64,000 nucleotides of DNA. Origin: Escherichia phage ekra. The DNA is taken from the sequence record MN850644.1. The stretch is one strand, 5' to 3'. Positions 46,108 through 54,476 of the stretch are shown here, in pieces. A model generated the notes under the pieces. The model worked only from the letters and a program-made list of their open reading frames with translations, ran no database searches and was not told the origin of the DNA. Numbering within the stretch: position 1 is the first letter of the stretch; the number at the start of each line of letters is the position of its first letter. Position numbers and translations under genes: made by a program.

Positions 46108-47582
46108 TATTTATTTGCCTTATTTGCTGTGCTTGGGTCTTTCGCTGAAGGTGTCTTTGCAGTACCTTCTCCAGCGGTCTTATAACCATCTCCTGAGCGG
46201 CTTTGGCTATTTGGAGAAAGCTTTTCAGATACTGGCTGAGACTCATCAGCAGGAGGAAGACCAATATGCTCTCTAAGCTTGTTGGATAGCTCTTTGTCAA
46301 CTTCCAAAGCACCTACTGCAACAGTCTTCTGAATATAAGAGCCAATTGCTTCAAGGTCTGGAGTTTCGATATCATCATATGTGATTTGTACATGTTCTTC
46401 ATCATCCCACATATTAAGAGCATAAGTCTGTGCAACTAAATCACGGTTAATTACGTTCTTAATTTGCTTCAGCAGAATATCTACTGACATTGCTAGTAAG
46501 CTTGTCTTAGAATCTGCAAGAGAGAATGAACCATATTTTGACTGACCCATAGCAAGAACATCTGACATAAATGCCATCATAATCTGCTTGGAATATCTGT
46601 CAATAATAGAACCTGTATCGTATGCTTTAGCACCCTGTCTAGAAACTAATGAGAACTCGAAAATATCCTCTTTAGTATCTGGGTCGATATATCTAGGCCA
46701 GATTAAACCTGCTCTGTCATTAGCAATCATATCGTTGACAACAGTTTTGCAGTATTGTACGAAAGCTTTCTTTTCAGGTTCTGCATTTTCATCCAGATAA
46801 TCTGGTGGTAAACCAATCTTTGGCATACCTACTAAATCTCTTGAGACACCAACAGCTTCGTACTCTTCAATCTGAACTTTATACTTCCACGGTACATAAG
46901 CATTAAGTAATGGTGAGCGACCTTCTGGGTTTCCATATTCATCGTCATACTTAAACAGCATGAATTTAGCTCGTGGAAGTTTTCTTGTTAGTGGTCTTTC
47001 TCCGAGATTAATTGCTCCAGCAATATGTGAAACATTTCTCAGATTCTGCCTAACACCAGTAACTTTTCTAAAGTCTTCGTCAAAATACCACTTATCAAGT
47101 GTTGATTGGTTTCTAATTGGTAATTTAGCCCATCCAATTAGACCATCATCAAATTTAGACTGATACTTTCCTTTTTTACCCTGACGCTTCTTATAAACTT
47201 TCTCGTTAACACAGAACCCATAAGTGCAGAATGACATTACAGAATTAATAAAATCTGCCCAATCATGCTCCATGTCATCCATTAAAGAATTAAAGAAGTC
47301 TGCTCTTTCAAGCATTTTAGGGTCTTGCTCTTTTCCCTTTGGAGGTACGAATCTCCAGTTGACTTTTCTGACAAACATCTTAATAATATTTACAGATGCT
47401 GCTACAGCAGGGTCACGCATCATTAATTGGAAAGTTTTAATACTTTCAGGGAACCTTAGTGCCTGACGAGGTTCTTCATAGATTCTTCCATTCTTAACCT
47501 TCAGACCCAAAGAACCTACTTCACCCATTCTAAATGGTGGTAAGCTTTCTTGTGTTTCTGTAATATCTGCCATTCTTCTCAC
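46107..47582 (-). CDS. portal protein
   Basis: 491-aa ORF immediately downstream of large terminase; size and position. Confidence 0.6.
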   Translation of the reverse strand: MRRMADITETQESLPPFRMGEVGSLGLKVKNGRIYEEPRQALRFPESIKTFQLMMRDPAVAASVNIIKMFVRKVNWRFVPPKGKEQDPKMLERADFFNSLMDDMEHDWADFINSVMSFCTYGFCVNEKVYKKRQGKKGKYQSKFDDGLIGWAKLPIRNQSTLDKWYFDEDFRKVTGVRQNLRNVSHIAGAINLGERPLTRKLPRAKFMLFKYDDEYGNPEGRSPLLNAYVPWKYKVQIEEYEAVGVSRDLVGMPKIGLPPDYLDENAEPEKKAFVQYCKTVVNDMIANDRAGLIWPRYIDPDTKEDIFEFSLVSRQGAKAYDTGSIIDRYSKQIMMAFMSDVLAMGQSKYGSFSLADSKTSLLAMSVDILLKQIKNVINRDLVAQTYALNMWDDEEHVQITYDDIETPDLEAIGSYIQKTVAVGALEVDKELSNKLREHIGLPPADESQPVSEKLSPNSQSRSGDGYKTAGEGTAKTPSAKDPSTANKANK

Positions 47583-47589
47583 CTAGCTA

Positions 47590-49206
47590 TCAACGTCTAA
47601 GCCCCTCATATGGGTTTCCTCTCACTAAATCTGTGTGAGCACCCATTGATGGTGGCTTGAATAATTTAACTTCGTTAAGACTGTTGAAAGCATCACTGGT
47701 AGCATCCACTTGGTCATCTTTAGTTTTACCATCACCACAAAAGCCTTCAAGCTCTTGAAAGTAAGCTTCATTCCAACTACCTCTCAAGACTTTTACAAGT
47801 CCAGCTTCAGAAGCAGCAGAAAATCCCGCAAAGCGGGTAACTTTATCTTTATTTGTTGGTTTGGCTCTTGCTCGATAACCTTTCTCGGCAAGTTTCCTGA
47901 TGAGGGATGTTGCGTAGGATTTACCAGCAGCGCCTGGGTCTTGAGGGATAAAAATACCAGTTCGCTTACCGTCACTTTCAGCAGTCAAATTAATTTGTGT
48001 TTCGACTCCAGAGGGTCTATCTCTAAATCTTACTACATCAATGATATAATAGCAACCGTCTTTTTTAGATTTACCCATCTTAACACCTGCTGTCCAGTCT
48101 GGATTAGGGTTAACCTCAGATGGTAAAGTTGCTGCTAAGTCCCATGCTCTAACATCAAATACATCTTCTGGGAGTGAATCAACAATTTCACACCATTGTC
48201 TTTGCCAATAGTTTGAACCTTCTGCACGAGCCTTCCAGTTACCGAAACGAAGTCTTGCAACGTTTACAGGGGTGTTGTTTTCCAACTTACCACGGTACTT
48301 AGGTTCTAAGAAGTCAAGGATTGGGTTATCATCAATCGTACCAGAGATGAATGTGTATGTTTGAGGAATCTCAAGAGGGAACATTTCAAGAATCTTGTCT
48401 CTCTCCCAATCAGAAACCATCACACCATCATTCATTACATACCAACGAATACGACCACACTTTTCAGGGTCTGGATAACCTTCTTCATCTAAGAATGGTT
48501 CTACCCAATCATAAATAAAGTGGTCTCTGTCTGGGTTCATGGAAATCTTCATGTATGAATCACCTTCAGCACCAGAACGTAAACGGGTTTGTAGATATGA
48601 AATCTGTGAAGCAGAGAAGTGTGTACCTTCGTCAAAGTAAATAGCTGAGTATTCAATACCCTGATGACCTTCAGCGTGCTTTTCAAGTTCTAGGTAGGTA
48701 AACTTGATAGTTGCCCCAGAAGGGAATGTGATAGTCATTTTCTGCTCGTGAGGAATCCCACCAAACTTACCAAATAGTTTCTTTGCAGCAGGCCATAAAC
48801 CACCTTGCAACTGTGTTGTGTTTCGACGGAAATATACAGCATTATAGTTAGGGTCTTCAATAAATCTTAAAGAGTCCATTAACAATGCAGCAGTCTTACC
48901 AGCACCAGCAGCACCACCATAGAGTACCAAGTCAGCATTAGTGTTTAAAAAGACCTCTTGAGAACCCGGCTGAGGGGCTACATAGTTCTTATCAGTCATC
49001 AATTTGAAGATAAGCCTAACTTGGTCTGGTGTGTATCTTAATAAAGTCAGAATTTGAGTTGGAAGGAATTTAGAGGGGTCTTTACCGAATGATTTGATAA
49101 TTTCTTTTACTTCATCAGAAAGCCCCAACTCTCCAGCTAGGACTTTCCTAACATCTTCCACTCGCTTCTGCTTAACAGCATTTAAGTCCATTAAGCGCCT
49201 CCGCAA
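47590..49206 (-). CDS. terminase large subunit
   Basis: 538-aa ORF with Walker A LYGGAAGAGKTAAL and downstream acidic nuclease-like region. Confidence 0.85.
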   Translation of the reverse strand: MRRRLMDLNAVKQKRVEDVRKVLAGELGLSDEVKEIIKSFGKDPSKFLPTQILTLLRYTPDQVRLIFKLMTDKNYVAPQPGSQEVFLNTNADLVLYGGAAGAGKTAALLMDSLRFIEDPNYNAVYFRRNTTQLQGGLWPAAKKLFGKFGGIPHEQKMTITFPSGATIKFTYLELEKHAEGHQGIEYSAIYFDEGTHFSASQISYLQTRLRSGAEGDSYMKISMNPDRDHFIYDWVEPFLDEEGYPDPEKCGRIRWYVMNDGVMVSDWERDKILEMFPLEIPQTYTFISGTIDDNPILDFLEPKYRGKLENNTPVNVARLRFGNWKARAEGSNYWQRQWCEIVDSLPEDVFDVRAWDLAATLPSEVNPNPDWTAGVKMGKSKKDGCYYIIDVVRFRDRPSGVETQINLTAESDGKRTGIFIPQDPGAAGKSYATSLIRKLAEKGYRARAKPTNKDKVTRFAGFSAASEAGLVKVLRGSWNEAYFQELEGFCGDGKTKDDQVDATSDAFNSLNEVKLFKPPSMGAHTDLVRGNPYEGLRR

Positions 49207-49212
49207 ATAGAA

Positions 49213-49413
49213 TTATTCAGAGTCTGTCGCAGTCTCTTCTTTCTTAACTTCGAACTTTGCATCAACAGCATCAAGAAGTGCATCCATAGATGCTTCTTTA
49301 ATATCTATACCTGTTGCTACAGATAATCTATCTGCAATTGCCATGATAGTATTCTGCATAAACTCTAGCTTCTTATTAGCTTCATAAAGTTCTTTATAAA
49401 CGGTCTCACTCAT
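49213..49413 (-). CDS. small hypothetical protein upstream of terminase
   Basis: 66-aa ORF, acidic. Confidence 0.3.
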   Translation of the reverse strand: MSETVYKELYEANKKLEFMQNTIMAIADRLSVATGIDIKEASMDALLDAVDAKFEVKKEETATDSE

Positions 49414-49635
49414 TATGTTTTCTCCAAATAATTAATCATGTTTCTCCTTAAAAAAGACGGCACAGAGACCGTCAAGGAGAAACCACAATGTACGTCAGAG
49501 ACATACTGTATAAGTCTTCCTATAAAGTATAACTCTGTAAAAAAGCCCTGTCTAAAAATACTCTTCGGTAGCGAAAGGAAGAATACTTATAGCAGGGCAT
49601 TATTATTATTTTAATTGAGAGAGAGTAAAATAACT

Positions 49636-49711
49636 TGGAGAATCCGAAGGGACTCGAACCCTTATAAACCTGTTTTGCAGACAGGTACATATCCATTTCT
49701 GTCACGGATTC
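49636..49711 (-). tRNA. tRNA-Cys (anticodon GCA)
   Basis: Hand-folded cloverleaf on minus strand; T-arm GACTCGAACCC-type; anticodon stem CCTGT/ACAGG, loop CTGCAAA; CCA encoded; ends +/-3 nt. Confidence 0.65.
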
Positions 49712-49715
49712 AAAT

Positions 49716-49808
49716 TGGAGGAAGATACCAGACTTGAACTGGTACACCGATTTCTCAGCTACTGGCAGTTTAGCAAACTGCTCCCTTACCTTTTAGGGTT
49801 AATCTTCC
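49716..49808 (-). tRNA. tRNA-Ser (anticodon GCT), long variable arm
   Basis: 93-nt element, acceptor GGAAGAT/ATCTTCC, anticodon loop TTGCTAA; hand-folded. Confidence 0.6.
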
Positions 49809-49809
49809 A

Positions 49810-50544
49810 TTATTTCTGTAATGCGCTCTTCATTTCTGGTGTTGCAATAGTGTCAATTACACCAGTTTTACAAGCATCGTCAAACCAGTCTGGTAAGATA
49901 CCTGCTAAGAACCCATTGATATTCGTTTTAAGGTACTCTGCAATAAGGGCAGCTTCTTCTTCAATCATCTGCACAACTTCATCTGCATAGGCGGTAATCT
50001 TTGAGATACCCTCATTAATCTTAATAACAGCTTGGTTAGCTAAATCAGAAACAGTATCAAGACCCTTATCAATAGCATCTTGTAAGTCACTTAACACATC
50101 GTTAACACTATCTAGTGTACTGTTAATCGTATCAATAGCTTTTTGACCATACTCTGTAGCAACACCCATAATACCACTGAATGGTGTACAACCGACTTGT
50201 TCTCCTGCTGCACCCATAACATTGGAGTATCCCTTTGCTACCTGCATACGTGATGAAAACTCATCAATAGACTTTTGACCATAGTCTGTTAGGGTCTTAG
50301 TAGTTGCTGTAGTGCTTGTCAGGCTTGTTGTAAAGCTGTTTAGAAGGACTGTTGTAAGTCCAGCAGCAACAAGCTTCTCCTCCATTGTAGGGTCTGTTAC
50401 AGAGCTAATAGAGCTTACAAGTGATGTAGAGGCAGCTACGGTTCCACCGAGAACTGCTGCACCAGTAATAAGTGGGTTAGAAAACCCTTTACCAGTTTTT
50501 AAGAGATTAAAAATCTCCTTACCTTGTTCTGTCATCTCTTTCAT
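49810..50544 (-). CDS. hypothetical protein embedded in tRNA array
   Basis: ORF 49810..50607 trimmed to ATG 50544 (MKEMTEQGKE, AAAGG RBS) so as not to overlap tRNA-Phe; Ser/Thr/Gly-rich N-terminal half, acidic helical C-terminal half. Confidence 0.4.
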   Translation of the reverse strand: MKEMTEQGKEIFNLLKTGKGFSNPLITGAAVLGGTVAASTSLVSSISSVTDPTMEEKLVAAGLTTVLLNSFTTSLTSTTATTKTLTDYGQKSIDEFSSRMQVAKGYSNVMGAAGEQVGCTPFSGIMGVATEYGQKAIDTINSTLDSVNDVLSDLQDAIDKGLDTVSDLANQAVIKINEGISKITAYADEVVQMIEEEAALIAEYLKTNINGFLAGILPDWFDDACKTGVIDTIATPEMKSALQK

Positions 50545-50560
50545 TAAGCACCTTTGAAAT

Positions 50561-50636
50561 TGGTAGTCCAGTGGGATTTGAACCCTCTTCTCATGTTTTT
50601 CAGACACGCGCTTTAACCATATAAGCTACTTGGACT
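50561..50636 (-). tRNA. tRNA-Phe (anticodon GAA)
   Basis: T-arm GGGATTTGAACCC; anticodon loop CTGAAAA; hand-folded. Confidence 0.6.
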
Positions 50637-50642
50637 ATAAAT

Positions 50643-50718
50643 TGGGGTGACCTACGGGATTTGAACCCGTATAGACCATGTTCACAGCATGGGTCATTAC
50701 CGTTTATGATAAGGCCAC
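50643..50718 (-). tRNA. tRNA-His (anticodon GTG)
   Basis: T-arm ACGGG-ATTTGAA-CCCGT; anticodon stem CATG/CATG, loop CTGTGAA; C73 discriminator. Confidence 0.6.
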
Positions 50719-50749
50719 ATTTAAGGACTCTCGTAAGAATCCTTAGAAG

Positions 50750-50825
50750 TGGCAGCGGCATAAGGATTTGAACCTTAATAGGACAGCTTCAGAGACTGCT
50801 GCATTGCCAGTTATGCTATACCGCT
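50750..50825 (-). tRNA. tRNA-Gln (anticodon CTG), tentative anticodon
   Basis: T-arm TAAGG-ATTTGAA-CCTTA clear; anticodon loop CTCTGAA with weak stem. Confidence 0.45.
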
Positions 50826-50830
50826 AAATT

Positions 50831-50909
50831 TGGTACTCCATATCGGATTCGAACCGATACATAACACAGATTTTAAGTCTGGCCTCTCTGCCAATTGGAG
50901 TAATGGAGC
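50831..50909 (-). tRNA. tRNA with Leu anticodon TAA; short variable region (unusual for Leu)
   Basis: T-arm ATCGG-ATTCGAA-CCGAT; loop CTTAAAA; D-loop AATTGGCAGAG (Leu-like); A73; only ~6 nt between anticodon and T stems. Confidence 0.45.
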
Positions 50910-50911
50910 AT

Positions 50912-50987
50912 TGGCGGGGGATGTTGGAATTGAACCAACTTCTTCGATTTCAAAGACCGAGGTTTTAACCTTGTAAACTAATCCCCT
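50912..50987 (-). tRNA. tRNA-Gln (anticodon TTG)
   Basis: T-arm GTTGG-AATTGAA-CCAAC; anticodon loop CTTTGAA; D-arm GTTT/AAAC. Confidence 0.5.
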
Positions 50988-50995
50988 TTAAATCT

Positions 50996-51553
50996 TTACT
51001 TTCTCAGTGGATGAATAAAGAATGCCAACATAACTCTTTCCCTTGAGAATGCTCTTTCTTCTGGGACAACACTTTTTAGTTTCCATCCAACATAAATTCT
51101 CCAGTAAAACTGTTTACCAAAGACTTTAATTGACGGAATAAAAGCGAATAATCCCCAAGCATTACTGTTCCACATTAGGAGATAACCTGTCTGATTATCT
51201 TCAGGGTCAGAACTTACGTTGATATTACCTTTCCACTTAGTAACATCTTTTACATCTCTTCCTAATACATGGTAAGAGAAGTTATAAGCTTTGTTTCTCC
51301 AGAGCCATCCGACTCTCTGCATGTAGACACCCAGCTTACCAATCTTTCTAATCTTAGCCCATCTTTTAACGTGACCTTCATCACCATCAATCGGATTGTC
51401 ATAGGTCTCCATCCATCTGAATCCAAAAGGTAGATGTCCTTTCTTCTCACTGTAGAATGGAACTACGAAAGGTGCTAAGATGACTGCTAGGGTTGCTGCA
51501 AATGGTTCTAGTAAAGCTAGGAAAATCCATGAAGCATACTTCAAATATCTCAT
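50996..51553 (-). CDS. hypothetical membrane protein embedded in tRNA array
   Basis: 185-aa ORF with AAGAGG RBS; N-terminal hydrophobic helix ASWIFLALLEPFAATLAVILAPFVVPF; Trp-rich. Confidence 0.45.
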   Translation of the reverse strand: MRYLKYASWIFLALLEPFAATLAVILAPFVVPFYSEKKGHLPFGFRWMETYDNPIDGDEGHVKRWAKIRKIGKLGVYMQRVGWLWRNKAYNFSYHVLGRDVKDVTKWKGNINVSSDPEDNQTGYLLMWNSNAWGLFAFIPSIKVFGKQFYWRIYVGWKLKSVVPEERAFSRERVMLAFFIHPLRK

Positions 51554-51572
51554 CTAAATAGCCTCTTAAAAT

Positions 51573-51650
51573 TGGTGTTCCAAGACGGATTCGAACCGTC
51601 ACTAATACAAGGTTTGAGCTTGCATCCTCTGCCAATTGGGATACTGGAAC
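51573..51650 (-). tRNA. tRNA with Leu anticodon CAA; short variable region
   Basis: T-arm GACGG-ATTCGAA-CCGTC; loop CTCAAAC; D-loop CCAATTGGCAGAGGA-type as in 50831..50909; A73. Confidence 0.45.
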
Positions 51651-51651
51651 A

Positions 51652-51726
51652 TGGTACTCACTAAAGGACTTGAACCTTTTTCTTCATCTTGTAAGGGTGA
51701 TGTTTTACCATATAAACTAAGCGAGT
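51652..51726 (-). tRNA. tRNA-Val (anticodon TAC)
   Basis: T-arm AAAGG-ACTTGAA-CCTTT; anticodon stem TCATC/GGTGA, loop CTTACAA. Confidence 0.6.
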
Positions 51727-51821
51727 GTGAAAGAGGTCTGAAGTTGTGCCGCTAACTCAACTCCGTGGAATTTGTTACGGTCTTCAGTTGACACCAGCGG
51801 TCTTTCACTTGACCTCTGAAT

Positions 51822-51898
51822 TGGTGCTGCTCACAGGACTCGAACCTGCATTTCCATCCTTACAAGGGATGTGTAATAGCCAATTATACGAAAGCAGC
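51822..51898 (-). tRNA. tRNA-Thr (anticodon TGT)
   Basis: Anticodon stem CATCC/GGATG perfect, loop CTTGTAA; T-arm ACTCGAA type. Confidence 0.6.
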
Positions 51899-51904
51899 AT
51901 TGTT

Positions 51905-51979
51905 TGGAGCATCCAGAGGGAATCGAACCCTCAACCTCAGTTTGGAAGACTGTAATTTTCCCGTTTAAACTATGGATGC
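51905..51979 (-). tRNA. tRNA-Gly (anticodon TCC)
   Basis: Acceptor GCATCCA/TGGATGC perfect; T-arm GAGGG-AATCGAA-CCCTC; loop CTTCCAA. Confidence 0.65.
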
Positions 51980-51985
51980 ACTAAT

Positions 51986-52062
51986 TGGTGGAGAAGCAGG
52001 GAATTGAACCCTGTACTTAAGTTTGCAAAACTTATGTTTTAACCATGTAAACTACATCCCCA
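51986..52062 (-). tRNA. tRNA-Ala (anticodon TGC)
   Basis: Anticodon stem TAAGT/ACTTA perfect, loop TTTGCAA; acceptor contains G3-U70 pair characteristic of tRNA-Ala. Confidence 0.6.
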
Positions 52063-52067
52063 ATGTT

Positions 52068-52143
52068 TGGTACAGGTGGAGGGAATTGAACCCATCGTCT
52101 TACTGATTAAGAGTCAGTCGCATAACCATTTTGCTACACCTGC
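52068..52143 (-). tRNA. tRNA-Lys (anticodon CTT)
   Basis: Anticodon stem ACTGA/TCAGT perfect, loop CTCTTAA; T-loop AATTGAA. Confidence 0.55.
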
Positions 52144-52150
52144 ATTAATT

Positions 52151-52228
52151 TGGTAGGAGACAAGGGATTCGAACCCTCAAACACCAACTTCTAAGGATGG
52201 TAGGTTTACCAATTACCGTCAATCTCCC
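52151..52228 (-). tRNA. tRNA with Leu anticodon TAG; short variable region
   Basis: T-arm AAGGG-ATTCGAA-CCCTC; loop CTTAGAA; D-loop AATTGGTAA (Leu-like); A73. Confidence 0.45.
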
Positions 52229-52483
52229 ATTAAATCTTTTTAGAGAACTTCTAAGAACCTAAGCAACAAGGTTCCACAACAAGCTGTAATAACCTTAGAA
52301 GCCCTCTAAAAAGACCTAAAAAGGTCTTTGCATAGTCTTGTTTAATCCGGTGACTAGAACCTTTGGAGAGCTTGATATTATCTCTTCTCCATGACACCTA
52401 CTAGGTGTTTTATCAGTGTGTACGACAATACACGAGGGATACCAAAGCAACATCCGAATGAAGCTTGGCTTTAAATCTTATTA

Positions 52484-52573
52484 GGCGGTAAGTAAAGGAG
52501 TCGAACCCTCACCGTATCTCTACAGTGGCAACTGTTTTCAAGACAGTTTGGCTACCATTAGCCGCTACCTACC
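52484..52573 (-). tRNA. tRNA-Ser (anticodon TGA), long variable arm
   Basis: Anticodon stem ACTGT/ACAGT perfect, loop CTTGAAA; ~21-nt variable arm; 3-bp D stem; 3' CCA not encoded. Confidence 0.55.
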
Positions 52574-52586
52574 CCTAATAAGACTT

Positions 52587-52669
52587 TGGCATGGGACGGA
52601 GGAGTTGAACCCCTTTGAAACGGTTTTGGAGGCCGTTGCTCATGCCTTAGAGTCTTAACATCGTCCCAC
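52587..52669 (-). tRNA. tRNA-Trp (anticodon CCA), boundaries uncertain
   Basis: Anticodon stem ACGGT/GCCGT, loop CTCCAAA; T-loop AGTTGAA; element ~7 nt longer than canonical, D region ambiguous. Confidence 0.4.
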
Positions 52670-52811
52670 ACTATAATTCGAAGCTTACCGTATTTTCGCA
52701 ACACTGTAAAGCCCCTTCTCAGATTATTTACATGTTCTGGAAAACATGAGATACAGACCACCTCCTTACACGGAGACCCGATAAGGTCGTCTAAGCAATC
52801 TGCTAACTATT

Positions 52812-52888
52812 TGGCACACCCTACAGGATTCGAACCTGTAACTAACGATTTAGAAGACCGTTGCTCTATCCAATTGAACTAAGGGTGC
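52812..52888 (-). tRNA. tRNA-Arg (anticodon TCT)
   Basis: T-arm ACAGG-ATTCGAA-CCTGT; loop CTTCTAA. Confidence 0.6.
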
Positions 52889-53135
52889 ATTAATCTTTAA
52901 AGACTCTCTTAGAAAGCCCTTAAAGATGCCCACCTTATTAATCATACCGTGGGCGAGTACGCCAAATTCTTTGATGAGGGATTGGAAGACCTCACTGGTG
53001 TTTAGCCTATCAAGCTACTGCCAGAAAAACATTGTCGTTTGCATTTATTTTAAATTTGCAAAATAGACGCTACGCAACGAAAACTAAGGTTACTATAAAG
53101 TGGTCACATGTTAATGTCAACAACTTTATTGAAAT

Positions 53136-53211
53136 TGGTACTGGTAGGTGGAATCGAACCACCGATGTTCCCTTATCAGGGGAGTGTTATAACCTTCTTA
53201 ACTATACCAGC
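53136..53211 (-). tRNA. tRNA-Ile (anticodon GAT)
   Basis: T-arm GGTGG-AATCGAA-CCACC perfect; anticodon loop CTGATAA. Confidence 0.6.
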
Positions 53212-53213
53212 TT

Positions 53214-53290
53214 GGAGGTTCAGATGGGAATCGAACCCACATTCATAGGGCTTATGAGACCCCTGCATTACCTTATCTGCGACTGAACCA
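53214..53290 (-). tRNA. tRNA-Met (anticodon CAT; initiator, elongator or Ile-lysidine type not resolved)
   Basis: Acceptor GGTTCAG/CTGAACC perfect; anticodon loop CTCATAA with three consecutive G-C pairs in anticodon stem. Confidence 0.55.
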
Positions 53291-53293
53291 TAT

Positions 53294-53369
53294 TGGTAGA
53301 AGTGGAGGGATTCGAACCCATCGCCTGTCAGATTAAAAGTCTGCCGCATCACCATTCTGCTACACTTCC
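53294..53369 (-). tRNA. tRNA-Lys (anticodon TTT)
   Basis: T-arm GGAGGGATTCGAACCC; anticodon loop CTTTTAA. Confidence 0.6.
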
Positions 53370-53827
53370 ATTAAATTATCTTTGTAGATAAGCTACCCAG
53401 ACTTGCTTAAGGTCTGTAGCGATGTGCTTTGTTGGGTTTAAATCTAGAATTTACCCTTTCACCCTTTGTGGTCGCATACTCACAGGTAAGCTTAATAACT
53501 TATCTACAAAGATAATTACCAGACCGTTGTTTATCATCTTAAGTGCTACCATTACACCAACTCGACATCTGCCGAGTGAAGGAATCGAACCTTCGCCTTT
53601 TCTTTACCGGAGAAATAGATTGTTTAAGTTTTGCTGTAAACGGTCTTCTGTAAATTTGTTGAGCCAGACCAAGTTTTAAATTTTTTCAAAATTAAATTGG
53701 CTTGAAAATATCATACGTACTTGCTGAATTTGGTCTTCTGCTCCTTTAAAGAATACTCGTAAGAACTCTTTAAGGGAGGGGCTAAATAGCCCTCTCAAAA
53801 CATCATCTTGAAATACTTATTATAATT

Positions 53828-53905
53828 TGGCGGTTACGAAGGGATTTGAACCCTCATCATCTCCCGTGACAGGGGAGTATTTTAACCAGATTAAACTACA
53901 TAACC
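53828..53905 (-). tRNA. tRNA-Asp (anticodon GTC)
   Basis: Anticodon stem CTCCC/GGGAG perfect, loop CTGTCAC; T-arm AAGGG-ATTTGAA-CCCTC. Confidence 0.65.
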
Positions 53906-53911
53906 TTTATT

Positions 53912-53999
53912 TGGTGTGCCGTGTAGGAGTCGAACCTACCGAGTCTCAATGACAAGGGATTTACAGTCCCCACCGCTACCATCTACGGGATAACGACAC
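53912..53999 (-). tRNA. tRNA-Tyr (anticodon GTA), long variable arm
   Basis: 88-nt element; T-arm GTAGG-AGTCGAA-CCTAC; loop CTGTAAA; ~15-nt variable arm. Confidence 0.55.
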
Positions 54000-54070
54000 A
54001 TTTTATTATTCTATTCAGGCTAAGGACTTGCACCTTACAAATCGGTGAGCAATCGCTTCTCTCCTAAATT

Positions 54071-54147
54071 TGGCGGTTAGTCAGGGATTCGAACCCTGTG
54101 CCATTCGCTTAACAGGCGACCGCACATACCTTATGTGCTTCCTAACC
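54071..54147 (-). tRNA. tRNA-Asn (anticodon GTT)
   Basis: T-arm CAGGG-ATTCGAA-CCCTG; anticodon loop CTGTTAA; D stem GCAC/GTGC. Confidence 0.6.
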
Positions 54148-54225
54148 TTAATACATTGCCAGACCGTGTTTTTTTCTTTTATCCGCAAAAAGTAGTTTGT
54201 TGCTGCATACGGTCTTCTGCAAAAT

Positions 54226-54302
54226 TGGAGGCGGGTGCAGGAGTCGAACCTACCGATACCATGCTAATGAGACATGTGAGACGCCCTTTCTCTATACCCG
54301 CA
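54226..54302 (-). tRNA. tRNA-Met, second CAT-anticodon gene
   Basis: T-loop AGTCGAA; anticodon stem CATG/CATG, loop CTCATTA. Confidence 0.5.
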
Positions 54303-54391
54303 ATTCTTAATGACCAGACCAAATATCTTCTTTGTCCGATTTATCTTCAGATGAATAAGATTAAGTTTGCTGCAATTGGTCTTCTGTCAAA

Positions 54392-54469
54392 ACTGGCGTT
54401 CCAGAAGGGATTTGAACCCTCAAATATCCACTTTGAAAGAGTGGTGACTTTACCGTTTTGTCTACTGGA
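54392..54469 (-). tRNA. tRNA-Glu (anticodon TTC)
   Basis: Acceptor GTTCCAG/CTGGAAC perfect; anticodon stem CCACT/AGTGG perfect, loop CTTTCAA. Confidence 0.65.
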
Positions 54470-54476
54470 ACATTAA

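Noticed and set aside
53032-54476. Plus-strand ORFs 53032..53286, 53422..53679 and 54135..54476 within the tRNA array
   Set aside because: They run across minus-strand tRNA genes and structured spacers; their translations contain tRNA-derived low-complexity segments; rejected as non-coding.
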